Assembly (NCBI GenBank): GCA_022826185.1
Contig: JAJDVH010000056.1
Coordinates: 1 to 59,446 of the forward strand
DNA from: Alphaproteobacteria bacterium
GTDB lineage: Bacteria; Pseudomonadota; Alphaproteobacteria; Bin95
DNA: 59,446 nucleotides
Direction of reading: 5' to 3'
The translations under genes were made by a program, and so were the position numbers. Position 1 is the first letter of the stretch. Each line of letters starts with the position of its first letter. Shown here piece after piece: positions 48,211 through 57,734 of this stretch. The notes below the pieces were generated by a model. It was not told the origin of the DNA. It worked only from the letters and a program-made list of their open reading frames with translations, and did no database searches.

Positions 48211-49479
48211 TCACCCGGCGAGGCGCGGATGCAGCCAGGCGGCGGCGGCGAGCAGGTCTGCATCCCCGCCCGCCCGGCCGACGAGCTGGACCCCGACCGG
48301 CAGGCCGTTGCCGGGCGAAAACCCCGGCAGCGTGATGCAGGGCACGCCCAGCGTCGTCCAGATGCGGTTGCATTCCGGCGAGCCGGTCCAGCCGAGACCC
48401 TCCGGCGCCTCGCCGGGCGCTGCGGGAGTAATCAGCGCATCCACACCGTCGAAGACCTTGTCGAAGGCAGCCCGCGCGGCCTCGCGGATGCCGAGCGCCC
48501 GGAGATAGCGTTCATGGTCGAGGCCGAGGCCGGTTTCGACGATCTGGCGGATGGCGTCGCTCATCAGCTCCCGGTGCGCGCGGTATTCCCATGCGAGCAG
48601 GCGCGCGCCCTCATAGGGCATGATGACATCGTGAGCCGCCGGCACCTCGTCGCAGGGAGGCGGCAGCACCAGGTCGTCCGGTCCCGCGCCGGCAGCCGCG
48701 CGCGCCACCTCCATCGCCTCGGCCGACGCCGGCTCGACGCAATGCCAGGCCGGGCTCGGGCACATGGCGAAGCGCGCCGGCCGGGCCTCGACCAGCGAGA
48801 TCGGGATGCCCGCCATCGCCTCCACGAAAGCGCCGGCATCGGCGACCGTGCGCGCCATGGAGCCGACCGTGTCCAGCGTCTCGGAAATCGGCTTCACGCC
48901 CGCGCGCGGCACCGTGCCGAAAGTGGGCTTGAAGCCGACCGCGCCGCAATAGGAGGCCGGGCGGATCACCGAGCCCGCCGTCTGGGTGCCGATGGCGACG
49001 GGCACCTGGTAATCCGCGACCCCCGCGGCCGAGCCCTGCGAGGAGCCGCCCGGCGTGTGGGCCGGGTCCGCCGGGTTGCGGGTCTTGCCCGGATGTCGCA
49101 TGGCGAACTCGGTCGTGACCGTCTTGCCGAGCACCACCATGCCGGCGTCGCGCAGCAGCGCCACAGAGGCGGCGTCCCAAGCCGGGCGGTTGCCGGGCGT
49201 GTAGATCGGCGAGCCGTAGCCGGTCGGCATGTCATGCGTGTCGATGATGTCCTTGATGCCGGCCGGCACGCCGTGGAGCGCCGAGCGGGGCTCCTCCCGG
49301 TCGCGCTGCCGCGCTTCCGCAAGCGCGGCGTCGGCGTCGAGATGGATCCAGGCGCCGACCGCCTCGTCGCGCGCCTCGATGTGCGCGAGGCAGGATTCGA
49401 CCAGCCGCTCGGACGTCAGGTTCCCCGCCCGGATGGCGGCGGCGGCGTCAAGGCCGGAGAGGAGATGGGGTTGGGTCAT
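48211..49479 (-). CDS. Amidase (amidase-signature family)
   Basis: GVPAGIKDIID and the GGSSQGSAAGVA amidase-signature motif. The start is the ATG at 49479 (MTQPHLL), with an ATGA overlap to the upstream stop. Confidence 0.88.
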   Translation of the reverse strand: MTQPHLLSGLDAAAAIRAGNLTSERLVESCLAHIEARDEAVGAWIHLDADAALAEARQRDREEPRSALHGVPAGIKDIIDTHDMPTGYGSPIYTPGNRPAWDAASVALLRDAGMVVLGKTVTTEFAMRHPGKTRNPADPAHTPGGSSQGSAAGVADYQVPVAIGTQTAGSVIRPASYCGAVGFKPTFGTVPRAGVKPISETLDTVGSMARTVADAGAFVEAMAGIPISLVEARPARFAMCPSPAWHCVEPASAEAMEVARAAAGAGPDDLVLPPPCDEVPAAHDVIMPYEGARLLAWEYRAHRELMSDAIRQIVETGLGLDHERYLRALGIREAARAAFDKVFDGVDALITPAAPGEAPEGLGWTGSPECNRIWTTLGVPCITLPGFSPGNGLPVGVQLVGRAGGDADLLAAAAWLHPRLAG

Positions 49480-50651
49480 GCCTGCCTCGCAAAACTGCGG
49501 CCGATGAGTTGGCGGTGGATCTGGTTGGTCCCTTCCCAGATCTGGGTGATCTTGGCGTCGCGCAGCAGCCGTTCGGCGCGATAGTCCCTGATATAGCCGT
49601 AACCGCCGTGAAGCTGCACGCACATATCGGCGGCCTTCATGGCGAGGTCGGAGGCGGAGAGCTTGGCCATGGAGGCCTCGATGCCGATATCGTCCAGGCC
49701 CTCGTCCACCAGGCCGGCGACATAGCCCAGCCAGAGCTCCGCCTGGGCAAGCTCGGTGGCGAGGTCGGCCAGCATGAACTGGATGCCCTGGAAATCCGCG
49801 ATGCGCCGGCCGGACTGGCGGCGCTGGCCGATATAGGCGGTGGCGTCGTCAAAGGCGGCGCGCGCGATGCCGAGCGCATGGGCGGCGATGGAGGGCCTGG
49901 ACTTGTTGAGCGCGCCGAACAGCACCTTCAGCCCCTCGCCCGGCCCGAGCACCAGGTTTCCGCGCGGCACGCGCACGTCCTCGAAGGCCAGCGCCGCGGT
50001 GGAGCTCGCGCGCAGGCCGAGCTTGTCCTCCAGCCGCAGCACGCTTATGCCGGCCGCCTCCTTCTCCACGACGAGCGCCGTGATCGCCGCGCGGCCGTCC
50101 TCGATCTCCGCCCATTTGCCGAACAGCACATAGACATCCGCCACGTCGCCATTGGTGATGAAGGTCTTGCTCCCGTCGATGACGATATCGCCGCCGTCCG
50201 GGCGGAAGCGGGTCCGCATGCCGGTGGCGTCGGAGCCGGCGTTCTCCTCGGTGATGCAGAGCGCAGCGAGGCCGCCGTCGGCGATGCGCGGCAGGACGCG
50301 GCGCTTCAGTTCGTCGCTGCCGAAGTCGATCACCGGCTTGATGGCGTGGAACACGGTAGACCACACGATGCCGGTCGCCGCGCAGGCCCGCGCCATCTCG
50401 TGCGCCGCGCGGATATAGCAGGCGAAGGACAGGCCGGCGCCGCCATGGGCCTCGGGAACGAACATGCGGTTGAGTTCGAGCTCGCGCATGGCGGCGAGGT
50501 TGTCCCAGGGGAAGCTCGCGGAGGCGTCCAGTTCCGCGGCGGCGGGCGCGACTGTCCGCTCGGCGAGGCGCTTCACGGCTTCCAGCACCGCCGCTTCCTC
50601 GTCCGGCAGCGCTTTTTCGAGGCGGGCGTCGAGACGGTCGAGCACGGTCAC
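49476..50651 (-). CDS. Acyl-CoA dehydrogenase family protein
   Basis: ITEENAGSD, FITNG, and the C-terminal QLHGGYGYIRDYRAERLLRDAKITQIWEGTNQI are typical of ACADs. The GTG start at 50651 gives a GTGA overlap. It is buried in the 1028-aa track ORF. Confidence 0.88.
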   Translation of the reverse strand: MTVLDRLDARLEKALPDEEAAVLEAVKRLAERTVAPAAAELDASASFPWDNLAAMRELELNRMFVPEAHGGAGLSFACYIRAAHEMARACAATGIVWSTVFHAIKPVIDFGSDELKRRVLPRIADGGLAALCITEENAGSDATGMRTRFRPDGGDIVIDGSKTFITNGDVADVYVLFGKWAEIEDGRAAITALVVEKEAAGISVLRLEDKLGLRASSTAALAFEDVRVPRGNLVLGPGEGLKVLFGALNKSRPSIAAHALGIARAAFDDATAYIGQRRQSGRRIADFQGIQFMLADLATELAQAELWLGYVAGLVDEGLDDIGIEASMAKLSASDLAMKAADMCVQLHGGYGYIRDYRAERLLRDAKITQIWEGTNQIHRQLIGRSFARQA

Positions 50652-51361
50652 TGGTTTATGCTTTGGGCACCGTCCATCACGATGGTCTCGCCGGTGAGGT
50701 AGCGGATCTTCTCGGCGAACAGCAGCGCCACGAGGCGCGCCACCTCGTCCACGCTTCCGGGCCGTCCGACCGGGATGCGCCGCTCCAGCCAGGCGCGGAA
50801 GCGCGGATTGGCGAGGATTTCGGCGTTCATGTCCGTCTCCACATAGCCGGGGGCGACGGTATAGACCGAAATATTGTCCCGCGCCCATTCCACGGCGAGG
50901 CAGCGCGTCAGGCCGGAGACGGCGGCCTTCGACGCGCAGTAGGCGGTATTGGCGCGTACGCCGAGCCGCTCCCAGTAGGAGCCGAGATTGACCACGATGC
51001 CGCCGCCATTGGCCTTCAGGTGCGGATAGGCGGCCTGCGCGGCGGCGAAGACGGCGGTGGTGTTGACCGCCATGGTGCGGGCGAAGTCCTCGACCGGGAA
51101 GTCCGCGCTCGGCCCCTGCAGGTGGACGCCGGCATTGTTCACCAGCCCCTCCAGCCCGCCGAGCTCGGCAGCCGCCGCGTCGAGCGCGCGGGCGAGGCCG
51201 GCCGTGTCGGTCACATCGACGGCGTAGGCCGGCAGGTCCAGCCCCTCCGGACCGCGCCCGGAGCGGGTGAGGCAGGCCACCGTGAAGCCGCGCTCCGCCA
51301 GCGCCGCCGCAATGCCTGCGCCGATGCCCCGATTGGCCCCCGTCACCGCAATAGCCCCCAT
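50648..51361 (-). CDS. SDR family oxidoreductase
   Basis: TGANRGIG, NNAG and YCASKAA motifs. The start is the ATG at 51361. Confidence 0.85.
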   Translation of the reverse strand: MGAIAVTGANRGIGAGIAAALAERGFTVACLTRSGRGPEGLDLPAYAVDVTDTAGLARALDAAAAELGGLEGLVNNAGVHLQGPSADFPVEDFARTMAVNTTAVFAAAQAAYPHLKANGGGIVVNLGSYWERLGVRANTAYCASKAAVSGLTRCLAVEWARDNISVYTVAPGYVETDMNAEILANPRFRAWLERRIPVGRPGSVDEVARLVALLFAEKIRYLTGETIVMDGAQSINQ

Positions 51362-51524
51362 CGGTCCTCCGTCTTTGCCGGCCGGTATCTGCAGCGCGAG
51401 AATGGCACGGGGCGGCCTCGGCTGCGACTCCGGCGCGACTGTTTGCCGGTAACCGGATGGGAAAGCACTGCGTGACGGCCCGCCCCGGTTCAAGACGACC
51501 GGAGCGTGCCTTACAATCATCGCG

Positions 51525-52580
51525 ATGGCGGAGCTTCGACGGGGCTGGACGACGGGGGCCTGCGCGGCGGCGGCGGCGCGGGCGGCCTGCGAACGCCTCT
51601 TCACCGGACGCCTGCCCGACCCGGTCGCCATCGACCTGCCGCGCGGCCTCAAGGCGTCCTTTGCGCTCGCCGAAACCGGAGAATGGATCGGCGTCGAGAA
51701 GGATGCGGGCGACGATCCGGACGCCACCCACGGCGCCATTGTGCGTGCGCGGCTGCATCCCGCGCCGGCCGGCGCGGGCGTGCGCTTCAGGGCGGGGCCC
51801 GGCGTCGGCACCGTCACCCTGCCGGGGCTGCCGCTCGCGGTCGGCGAACCGGCGATCAATCCGGCCCCGCGCGCCATCATCGCCGACAATCTGCGCACCG
51901 TCGCCGATGAATACGGGCTCGCGGCCGACCTCGAGGTCGAGATCGGCATCGAGGACGGCGAAGCGCTGGCGCTCAGGACCGCCAATGCCCGGCTGGGCAT
52001 CGAGGGCGGGCTCTCGGTGCTCGGCACGACGGGCGTCGTGATCCCCTATTCCTGCGCGGCCTGGATTCACGCGGTGCATCGCGGCGTGGATGTGGCGCGG
52101 GCCGCCGGGCTGGACCATATCGGGGCCGCCACCGGGCGTGGTTCCGAGGCCGCGTTGCAAGCACTGCTCGGCCTGCCGGATCACGGCATGATCGACATGG
52201 GCGATTTCGCGGGCGCGCTGCTCAAATATCTCCGCCGGCGGCCGGTGGCGCGGCTCAGTCTCGCGGGCGGCTTCGGCAAGCTCTCCAAGCTGGCGGCGGG
52301 ACATCTCGACCTGCATTCCGACCGCGCGCCGGTGGATATCCCGCGCCTGGCGGCCGAGTTGAAGGCGCTCGGCGGCCCGGACGCCGGCGGAGCGCACAGC
52401 GCGGGCGCAGTCCTGGAGCTCTCTGGAGACCTGCCGCTCGCGCGGCGCATCGCCGAACAGGCGCGTGAGACCGCACTTGCGGTGCTCGCCGGCGGCACGG
52501 AAGTCGATGTCCGCGTGATCGACCGCAGCGGCGGGGTGATCGGGGAGGCGGGTGTGGATCAAGGAAGCGGTCTGGAGTAA
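51525..52580 (+). CDS. cbiD: Cobalt-precorrin-5B (C1)-methyltransferase
   Basis: LRRGWTTGACAAAAA N-terminus, GVGTVT, INPAPR and GLSVLGTTGVV are typical CbiD motifs. Confidence 0.9.
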   Translation: MAELRRGWTTGACAAAAARAACERLFTGRLPDPVAIDLPRGLKASFALAETGEWIGVEKDAGDDPDATHGAIVRARLHPAPAGAGVRFRAGPGVGTVTLPGLPLAVGEPAINPAPRAIIADNLRTVADEYGLAADLEVEIGIEDGEALALRTANARLGIEGGLSVLGTTGVVIPYSCAAWIHAVHRGVDVARAAGLDHIGAATGRGSEAALQALLGLPDHGMIDMGDFAGALLKYLRRRPVARLSLAGGFGKLSKLAAGHLDLHSDRAPVDIPRLAAELKALGGPDAGGAHSAGAVLELSGDLPLARRIAEQARETALAVLAGGTEVDVRVIDRSGGVIGEAGVDQGSGLE

Positions 52581-52587
52581 TCGCGTC

Positions 52588-52854
52588 TCAGCGATACACG
52601 TCTCTGCGATGGCGCACCCGGATCACCAGCACAACGAGTTCCGTCTCCTGAATCTCGTACACGATCCGATATTCGCCGACTCGAATTCGCCTCAATCCGC
52701 GCAACTCGCCCTTGAGGGCGCTCCCCGCGAACGGATTCCCGGCCAGGCCGTCGATCGCCTCGACGATCCGCCCGCGCGCCGGCTTCGCGATTCGGGCCAG
52801 CTCCCTGGCCGTGCTCCGCTTAATCCTGACGGAGTAGGCCACGCCTGACGTCAT
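52588..52854 (-). CDS. Type II toxin, RelE/ParE family
   Basis: 88 aa. GELRGLRRIRVGEYRIVYEIQETELVVLVIRVRHRRDVY is the canonical RelE/ParE C-terminal pattern. Confidence 0.88.
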   Translation of the reverse strand: MTSGVAYSVRIKRSTARELARIAKPARGRIVEAIDGLAGNPFAGSALKGELRGLRRIRVGEYRIVYEIQETELVVLVIRVRHRRDVYR

Positions 52855-53041
52855 CCCAGTCGAGCACCGGGTCGCCCGGGTCGCGAAGCCGTTCTATCGC
52901 GACGCTCAGGTCGTCGAAATCCTCAATGTAACGCTCGATGGCCTGGCGGATCACCTCCGCGCGGGAACGCTTGAGGTCCCGGGCGGCGGCGTCGAGGGCC
53001 CTGACCAGTTCATCGGGAAGCCGCGCTGAGACCTGGCTCAT
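52820..53041 (-). CDS. Ribbon-helix-helix (CopG/RelB-like) antitoxin
   Basis: MSQVSARLPDELVRALDAAARDLKRSRAEVIRQAIERYIED is a typical RHH fold sequence. It overlaps the toxin start. Confidence 0.85.
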   Translation of the reverse strand: MSQVSARLPDELVRALDAAARDLKRSRAEVIRQAIERYIEDFDDLSVAIERLRDPGDPVLDWDDVRRGLLRQD

Positions 53042-53177
53042 GGCTGACTCCGGTCGAAGTCGTTCAATGTCGGATACATTACCTTACTGTCACGCCGTCG
53101 CAACAGCCGGTTCCGAGCGCCTTGACGCCTGCCTCGGTGGCGGTGACATTCCTCTTGTGTTTTCTCCCGGTCCCCGC

Positions 53178-53924
53178 GTGCTGATCCTGGGAGGCACAGG
53201 CGAGGGGGCGGCGCTTGCACGCGCCCTCGACGGCCGCGCCCGGGTGACGAGCTCGCTCGCCGGCCGGACCCGGCGGCCGGCGGCGCTCGCGGGCGTCGTC
53301 AGGACCGGCGGTTTCGGCGGCGCGGCGGGCCTTGCGCGCTATCTCCGCGAGCAGCACATCGACAGGCTGGTCGACGCGACGCATCCCTTCGCCGCGCGCA
53401 TCTCCGCCAATGCGCGCGAGGCGGCGGAGCGGGCCGGCGTGCCCCGGCTGGCTGTCGAGCGCCCGATGTGGCGGCGGCAGCCGGGAGACCGCTGGATCTG
53501 CGTGGCCGATGCTGCGGCGGCCGCTACAGCGCTTGCCGGTCTGCCGGACGCCGTCTTTCTGACGCTGGGCCCCGGCGACCTCGGCGCCTTTGCGGGACTC
53601 ACCGGCCGGCGCTTCGTGCTGCGGCGCATCGACCCCGGTCCGTCGCCCCTGCCGGACGCAACGGTGGTGCTGGCGCGCGGTCCTTTCGACTTTCCGGGCG
53701 AACGCAGGCTGTTCGAAGACTACGGCGTCGGCACGCTGGTGACGCGCGCTTCCGGAGGAGCCGCGACCGAAGCGAAAATCCTCGCCGCGCGCGAATGCGA
53801 CATGCCTGTGGTGATGATCCGGCGCCCGCCGCCGGAGCCCGGCCCCCGCGTTTCCAGCGTCGAAGAGGCCGTCCGGTGGGCGCTTTCGGGGGCGCTCAGC
53901 AGCGCCGGCAGCGGATCTTCTTGA
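53178..53924 (+). CDS. cobK: Precorrin-6A / cobalt-precorrin-6A reductase
   Basis: VLILGGTGEGAALARAL N-terminus, DATHPFA, and the C-terminal LVTRASGG...K..AA motif. The GTG at 53178 was chosen as start and is uncertain. The track ORF begins at 52938 inside the antitoxin gene region. Confidence 0.8.
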   Translation: MLILGGTGEGAALARALDGRARVTSSLAGRTRRPAALAGVVRTGGFGGAAGLARYLREQHIDRLVDATHPFAARISANAREAAERAGVPRLAVERPMWRRQPGDRWICVADAAAAATALAGLPDAVFLTLGPGDLGAFAGLTGRRFVLRRIDPGPSPLPDATVVLARGPFDFPGERRLFEDYGVGTLVTRASGGAATEAKILAARECDMPVVMIRRPPPEPGPRVSSVEEAVRWALSGALSSAGSGSS

Positions 53925-54081
53925 ACACCTGGTCGCGGTCGCCGTCCACGGCCAGCCAGTCCAGCAGGCAGCGCAGCGCCTTGCCGCGGTCCGCCAACCG
54001 GTAGTCCTTCACCACGTCGTCCAGCAGCGTGAGCATGTCGGGGTTGAGTTCGACCTCGACCGTCACCTTGTCACCGGCCAT
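53896..54081 (-). CDS. Hypothetical small protein (61 aa, ends ...KKIRCRRC)
   Basis: G/C at nearly every third codon position, as in the genuine genes of this window. It converges on cobK, and the 3' ends overlap by 29 nt. I recognise no family. Confidence 0.55.
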   Translation of the reverse strand: MAGDKVTVEVELNPDMLTLLDDVVKDYRLADRGKALRCLLDWLAVDGDRDQVFKKIRCRRC

Positions 54082-54096
54082 TCCCTCGTCTCCCCG

Positions 54097-54228
54097 TTAC
54101 AGCAGCGTCGCCGCGAGGATGACCAGCAGGAGGACCACCCCGCCGGTGGACCAGCCGAGGAACCTGCAGAAGCCGCCCCAGATGTACTGGTGGCGCGCTT
54201 CTTCCGCCGCCGCATTGTATTCCGCCAT
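54097..54228 (-). CDS. aa3-type cytochrome c oxidase subunit IV-like small membrane protein (43 aa)
   Basis: Manual translation gives MAEYNAAAEEARHQYIWGGFCRFLGWSTGGVVLLLVILAATLL*, with a single TM helix and the layout of the small COX4_pro_2-type proteins. It falls below the ORF-track size cut-off. Confidence 0.55.
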   Translation of the reverse strand: MAEYNAAAEEARHQYIWGGFCRFLGWSTGGVVLLLVILAATLL

Positions 54229-54285
54229 GGACGCATCTCCCTGCCAGAAGAGCCGCCCGGCACTATAGCCAAGCGTCCCCGGCCC

Positions 54286-54909
54286 CTACTGCGACGGATT
54301 GACCGATGAGTCGCCGGGATCGACCGCTACCACCCGCTCGTCCTCCACCCTGACGCGGCCTTCGGCGATCCAGCCGACCGCCATCGGCAGCACATGGTGC
54401 TCCCGGGCCAGCACGCGGGCCGCCAGCGATTCCTCCGTGTCGTCCGGGCGCACGGGCACCGCCGCCTGGAGGACGATCGGTCCGGCATCGAGTTCGGCGC
54501 GGACGAAATGCACCGTGCAGCCGTGCCAGCGCACGCCGGCCTCCAGCGCGCGCCGGTGCGTGTCGAGGCCCCGGAAGGCCGGCAGCAGCGAGGGGTGGAT
54601 ATTGACCGACCGGTCCCGCCAGCGGGCGACGAAATCCGGCCCGAGCACGCGCATGAAGCCCGCCAGCACGACGAGTTCGATCTCCGCCGCCCGGAGCGCC
54701 GCATCCAGCGCCTCCTCGAAGGCCGGCCGGTCCGGGAAGTCCCGGTGCGGCACGGTGCGGGTGGGCACGCCGGCCGTCCCGGCCCTGGCGAGGCCGGGGG
54801 CATCGGGCTCGTTCGAGATCGCGAGCGCGACGTTCCACGAAGCGGCTCCGGCGTCCAGCAGCGCCTGGAGATTGCTGCCCCGGCCGGACAGCAGCACGCC
54901 AACCCTCAC
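54286..54909 (-). CDS. purN: Phosphoribosylglycinamide formyltransferase
   Basis: [23 protein letters not shown] and the HxV...D catalytic pattern. The GTG at 54909 gives a GTGA overlap with the purM stop. The track start (TTG at 54918) is in the same frame. Confidence 0.92.
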   Translation of the reverse strand: MRVGVLLSGRGSNLQALLDAGAASWNVALAISNEPDAPGLARAGTAGVPTRTVPHRDFPDRPAFEEALDAALRAAEIELVVLAGFMRVLGPDFVARWRDRSVNIHPSLLPAFRGLDTHRRALEAGVRWHGCTVHFVRAELDAGPIVLQAAVPVRPDDTEESLAARVLAREHHVLPMAVGWIAEGRVRVEDERVVAVDPGDSSVNPSQ

Positions 54910-55952
54910 CGCCGCCAACCCTCGAGCCCTTCGAGGACGACGCCCTCGCCGTCCATGACCTCGCCAATGCGGAAGACCGTCTCTCCCGATGCCTCGAAAG
55001 CCGCAGCGAGCGCGTCGGCGCGGTCAGGCGCGACGGCGGCGGTCATGCCGATGCCGCAATTGAAGGTGCGCGCGAGCTCTTCGGGCGCGGCATGGCCCGC
55101 AAGCCACCCGAAGACGGGCGGCAGCGGCCAGGCGGCGCAGTCGAGCCGCATGCCGAGGCCCGGCGGCAGACCGCGCGGCGGGTTCTCCACGAGGCCGCCG
55201 CCGGTGATGTGCGCAAGAGCCCGCACGCCGCCTGCGGCCAGCGCGGCAAGCACGGAACGGACATAGATGCGCGTCGGTGCGAGCAGGGCGTCGCCGAGCG
55301 CGCCCTCCGAGAAGGGCGCCGGGCCTGCAAGGTCGAGGCCGTCGCGCTCGACGATCCGGCGGACGAGGGAGAAGCCGTTGGCGTGCAGGCCGTCGGAGGA
55401 GAGGCCCAGCACGATGTCGCCCGGCTGCGCGGCGGGCATGTCCATCCGCTCGCGCTCGACCGCGCCGACGGCGAAGCCCGCAAGGTCGTAGCGCCCCGGC
55501 GGGTAGAAGCCCGGCATTTCCGCCGTCTCGCCGCCGATCAGCGCGCAGCCGGCGGCGACGCAGCCCTCCGCGATCCCCTCCACGACAGCGGCGGCTTCAT
55601 CCGCGTCGAGCGCCCCGGTCGCATAGTAGTCAAGGAAGAACAGTGGCTCCGCCCCCTGCGCCGCCAGGTCGTTGACGCACATGGCCACGAGGTCGATGCC
55701 GGCGCCGCGATGGCGCCCGAGCGCCTGGGCGATCTCCAGCTTGGTGCCGACCCCGTCCGCGGCGGCGACCAGGACCGGGTCCCGGAAGCCGGCCGCGCGG
55801 AGGTCGAAGAGGCCGCCGAAGCCGCCGAGCCGCGCATCCGCGCCCGGCCGCGCCGTCCGCGCCGCCGCCGGCGCGATGCGGCGCACCAGCGCCTCTCCCG
55901 CGTCGATATCGACGCCGGCCGCCTTGTAGGTCGTCCCGTCCGCGCTCGCCAT
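54906..55952 (-). CDS. purM: Phosphoribosylformylglycinamidine cyclo-ligase (AIR synthetase)
   Basis: [28 protein letters not shown] and GGETAEMPG motifs. The start is the ATG at 55952. It is hidden in the 884-aa track ORF. Confidence 0.95.
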   Translation of the reverse strand: MASADGTTYKAAGVDIDAGEALVRRIAPAAARTARPGADARLGGFGGLFDLRAAGFRDPVLVAAADGVGTKLEIAQALGRHRGAGIDLVAMCVNDLAAQGAEPLFFLDYYATGALDADEAAAVVEGIAEGCVAAGCALIGGETAEMPGFYPPGRYDLAGFAVGAVERERMDMPAAQPGDIVLGLSSDGLHANGFSLVRRIVERDGLDLAGPAPFSEGALGDALLAPTRIYVRSVLAALAAGGVRALAHITGGGLVENPPRGLPPGLGMRLDCAAWPLPPVFGWLAGHAAPEELARTFNCGIGMTAAVAPDRADALAAAFEASGETVFRIGEVMDGEGVVLEGLEGWRR

Positions 55953-56009
55953 GTCACCTCGGGGGCGGTATAGTCCCGCGCGACAATATCCATCGGGCGA
56001 AGAGGCGCA

Positions 56010-57158
56010 ATGCGAGCGTTGTTCGGGCCGGCGGCGGCGCCGACGCCGCCATCCCTGAGATCCGCCGCGTTGCGCGCGGCAGCGGTGCTCCTCGCAACGC
56101 TCGCGGTTCTGTTGCCGGGCGGGCCGGCCGCCGCGAAAACCGATCTCTATACGGTGCAGGGCGTTTCCGTGGACGAGTCGGCGCCTTCCGCCGCCGAGGC
56201 GAAACAGGCCGCCATGGCCGACGCGCTGGCGACCGCCTTCGATGCGCTGCTCCGCCGCCTGACGCTTCGCGAGGACCATGAGCGGCTGCCGGCTCCGGAG
56301 CCTGCCGTGCTGGAAGCCTCGATGCGCAGGGTGCAGGTGCTGGAGGAGCGCCAGTCGCCGGTGCGCTATATCGCGCGCGTCTCGGTCGGCTTCCATCCGG
56401 AGCCCGTGCGCATGCTGCTGCGGGAAGCCGACATTCCGTTTTCGGAGGCCGTGAGCGGGCCCGTCGCCGTCTTCCCCGTATATGACTGGGGCCCGCTGCG
56501 CCTCCTGTTCGAGGACGTCAATCCCTGGCGTGCGGCCTGGGCGAAACGGCCGGCGGCGAACGAACCCGTGCCGCTTGTGCTGCCGGCGCCGGGCGACCCG
56601 GCCATGCCTGCCGCGGACAGCGCCGCCGATGGCGACCGGGCCCGCCTGTTGCAGGCCGCGGCTCGCATCGGCGCCCGGCGCGCGCTGGTCGCCCATGCCG
56701 TTTACCGCCTTGAAGGGCAACGCACCCGCCCGGTGCTGGAGGTCGCGCTCCGGCCCTACGGGGCGGGCGAAGCGGCCGGCGCCGGGATGCTGCGCGTCGA
56801 AGGCCGGGCCGGGGAAACGGTCGAGAGCCTTTGCGCGCGCGCCGCTGCCGCGGCGGCAACGCGAATCCAGGAAAGCTGGAAACGGGCCAACCTTGTGGCG
56901 GCAGGCGCGCCGGCGGAGCCCTACGAGGCGACGGCGCCGCTGGGAGGGCTGGCCGATCTCATCGCCGTCAAGGGCGCGCTCGGGGCGGCCGGCGGCGTGC
57001 AACAGGTCCGGCTGGCCGAGCTCGCGCGCAGCCGGGCGGTCTTCCGGTTCCGGTTTGCCGGCGGTGCGGAGCGCCTCGCAGGCGTGCTGGAGCGCCAGGG
57101 GTTCGCTCTCGAACGGGCCGGCGGCGAGGGCTGGACGCTTCGCCCGCTGGACCGCTGA
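56010..57158 (+). CDS. DUF2066 domain-containing secreted protein
   Basis: Signal peptide, then [13 protein letters not shown]...[14 protein letters not shown]. It occupies the conserved position divergent from purM in alphaproteobacteria. Confidence 0.65.
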   Translation: MRALFGPAAAPTPPSLRSAALRAAAVLLATLAVLLPGGPAAAKTDLYTVQGVSVDESAPSAAEAKQAAMADALATAFDALLRRLTLREDHERLPAPEPAVLEASMRRVQVLEERQSPVRYIARVSVGFHPEPVRMLLREADIPFSEAVSGPVAVFPVYDWGPLRLLFEDVNPWRAAWAKRPAANEPVPLVLPAPGDPAMPAADSAADGDRARLLQAAARIGARRALVAHAVYRLEGQRTRPVLEVALRPYGAGEAAGAGMLRVEGRAGETVESLCARAAAAAATRIQESWKRANLVAAGAPAEPYEATAPLGGLADLIAVKGALGAAGGVQQVRLAELARSRAVFRFRFAGGAERLAGVLERQGFALERAGGEGWTLRPLDR

Positions 57159-57176
57159 GGCCGGCGCGCCCGCCCG

Positions 57177-57734
57177 ATGACCCTGCCGAACGCGATCACG
57201 CTCGCCCGCCTGCTGGCAGTACCGGCGACCGTCTGGCTGGTGGTGCGCGGCTGGTACGATGCGGCGCTCTGGCTCTTCCTGCTCGCCGGCCTGTCGGATG
57301 CCGTTGACGGCTGGCTGGCCCGGCGGCTCGGGCAGGTCTCGCGCCTCGGCAGCCTGCTGGACCCCGTCGCGGACAAGGCCCTCCTGGTCTCCGTCTTCAT
57401 TTCGCTCGGCGTCCGCGACCTGCTGCCCGCATGGCTGGTGATCCTTGTGGTGTTCCGCGACGCGCTGATCGTTTCGGGCTGGCTGCTCGGCCAGATACTC
57501 ATGCCGTCCGCCCAGCCGATCCGCCCGCACTGGACCAGCAAGCTGAACACCTGCGTGCAACTCCTGTTTGCGGCCGGCGTTCTCGCGATGCTGGCCTGGC
57601 AGTTCCGCGTTCCGGCGCTGGACGACGTCGCCTACGCGATCGTGGCGGCGACGACCGTCGTGTCGGGCGGGGTCTATGTCACCGTCTGGATGCGCAGCAT
57701 GATGCGGCTGGAACCGGGAGGCGAGGCGCCATGA
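57177..57734 (+). CDS. CDP-alcohol phosphatidyltransferase family protein (PgsA-like)
   Basis: The motif [27 protein letters not shown] fits D-x2-DG-x2-AR-x8-G-x3-D-x3-D. Confidence 0.88.
   Translation: MTLPNAITLARLLAVPATVWLVVRGWYDAALWLFLLAGLSDAVDGWLARRLGQVSRLGSLLDPVADKALLVSVFISLGVRDLLPAWLVILVVFRDALIVSGWLLGQILMPSAQPIRPHWTSKLNTCVQLLFAAGVLAMLAWQFRVPALDDVAYAIVAATTVVSGGVYVTVWMRSMMRLEPGGEAP

Noticed and set aside
51362-51524. Possible cobalamin riboswitch upstream of cbiD (gggaaagcactg and ccggagcgtgcc superficially recall conserved riboswitch pieces).
   Set aside because: The conserved elements are not in the right order or spacing, and no convincing B12 box is present. A covariance-model scan would be needed, so it is not called.
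54063-54272. 69-aa minus-strand track ORF between cobK and purN.
   Set aside because: Its Arg/Ser-rich composition looks non-genuine. It overlaps, in a different frame, the better-supported 43-aa oxidase-subunit-IV-like ORF and the 61-aa ORF.
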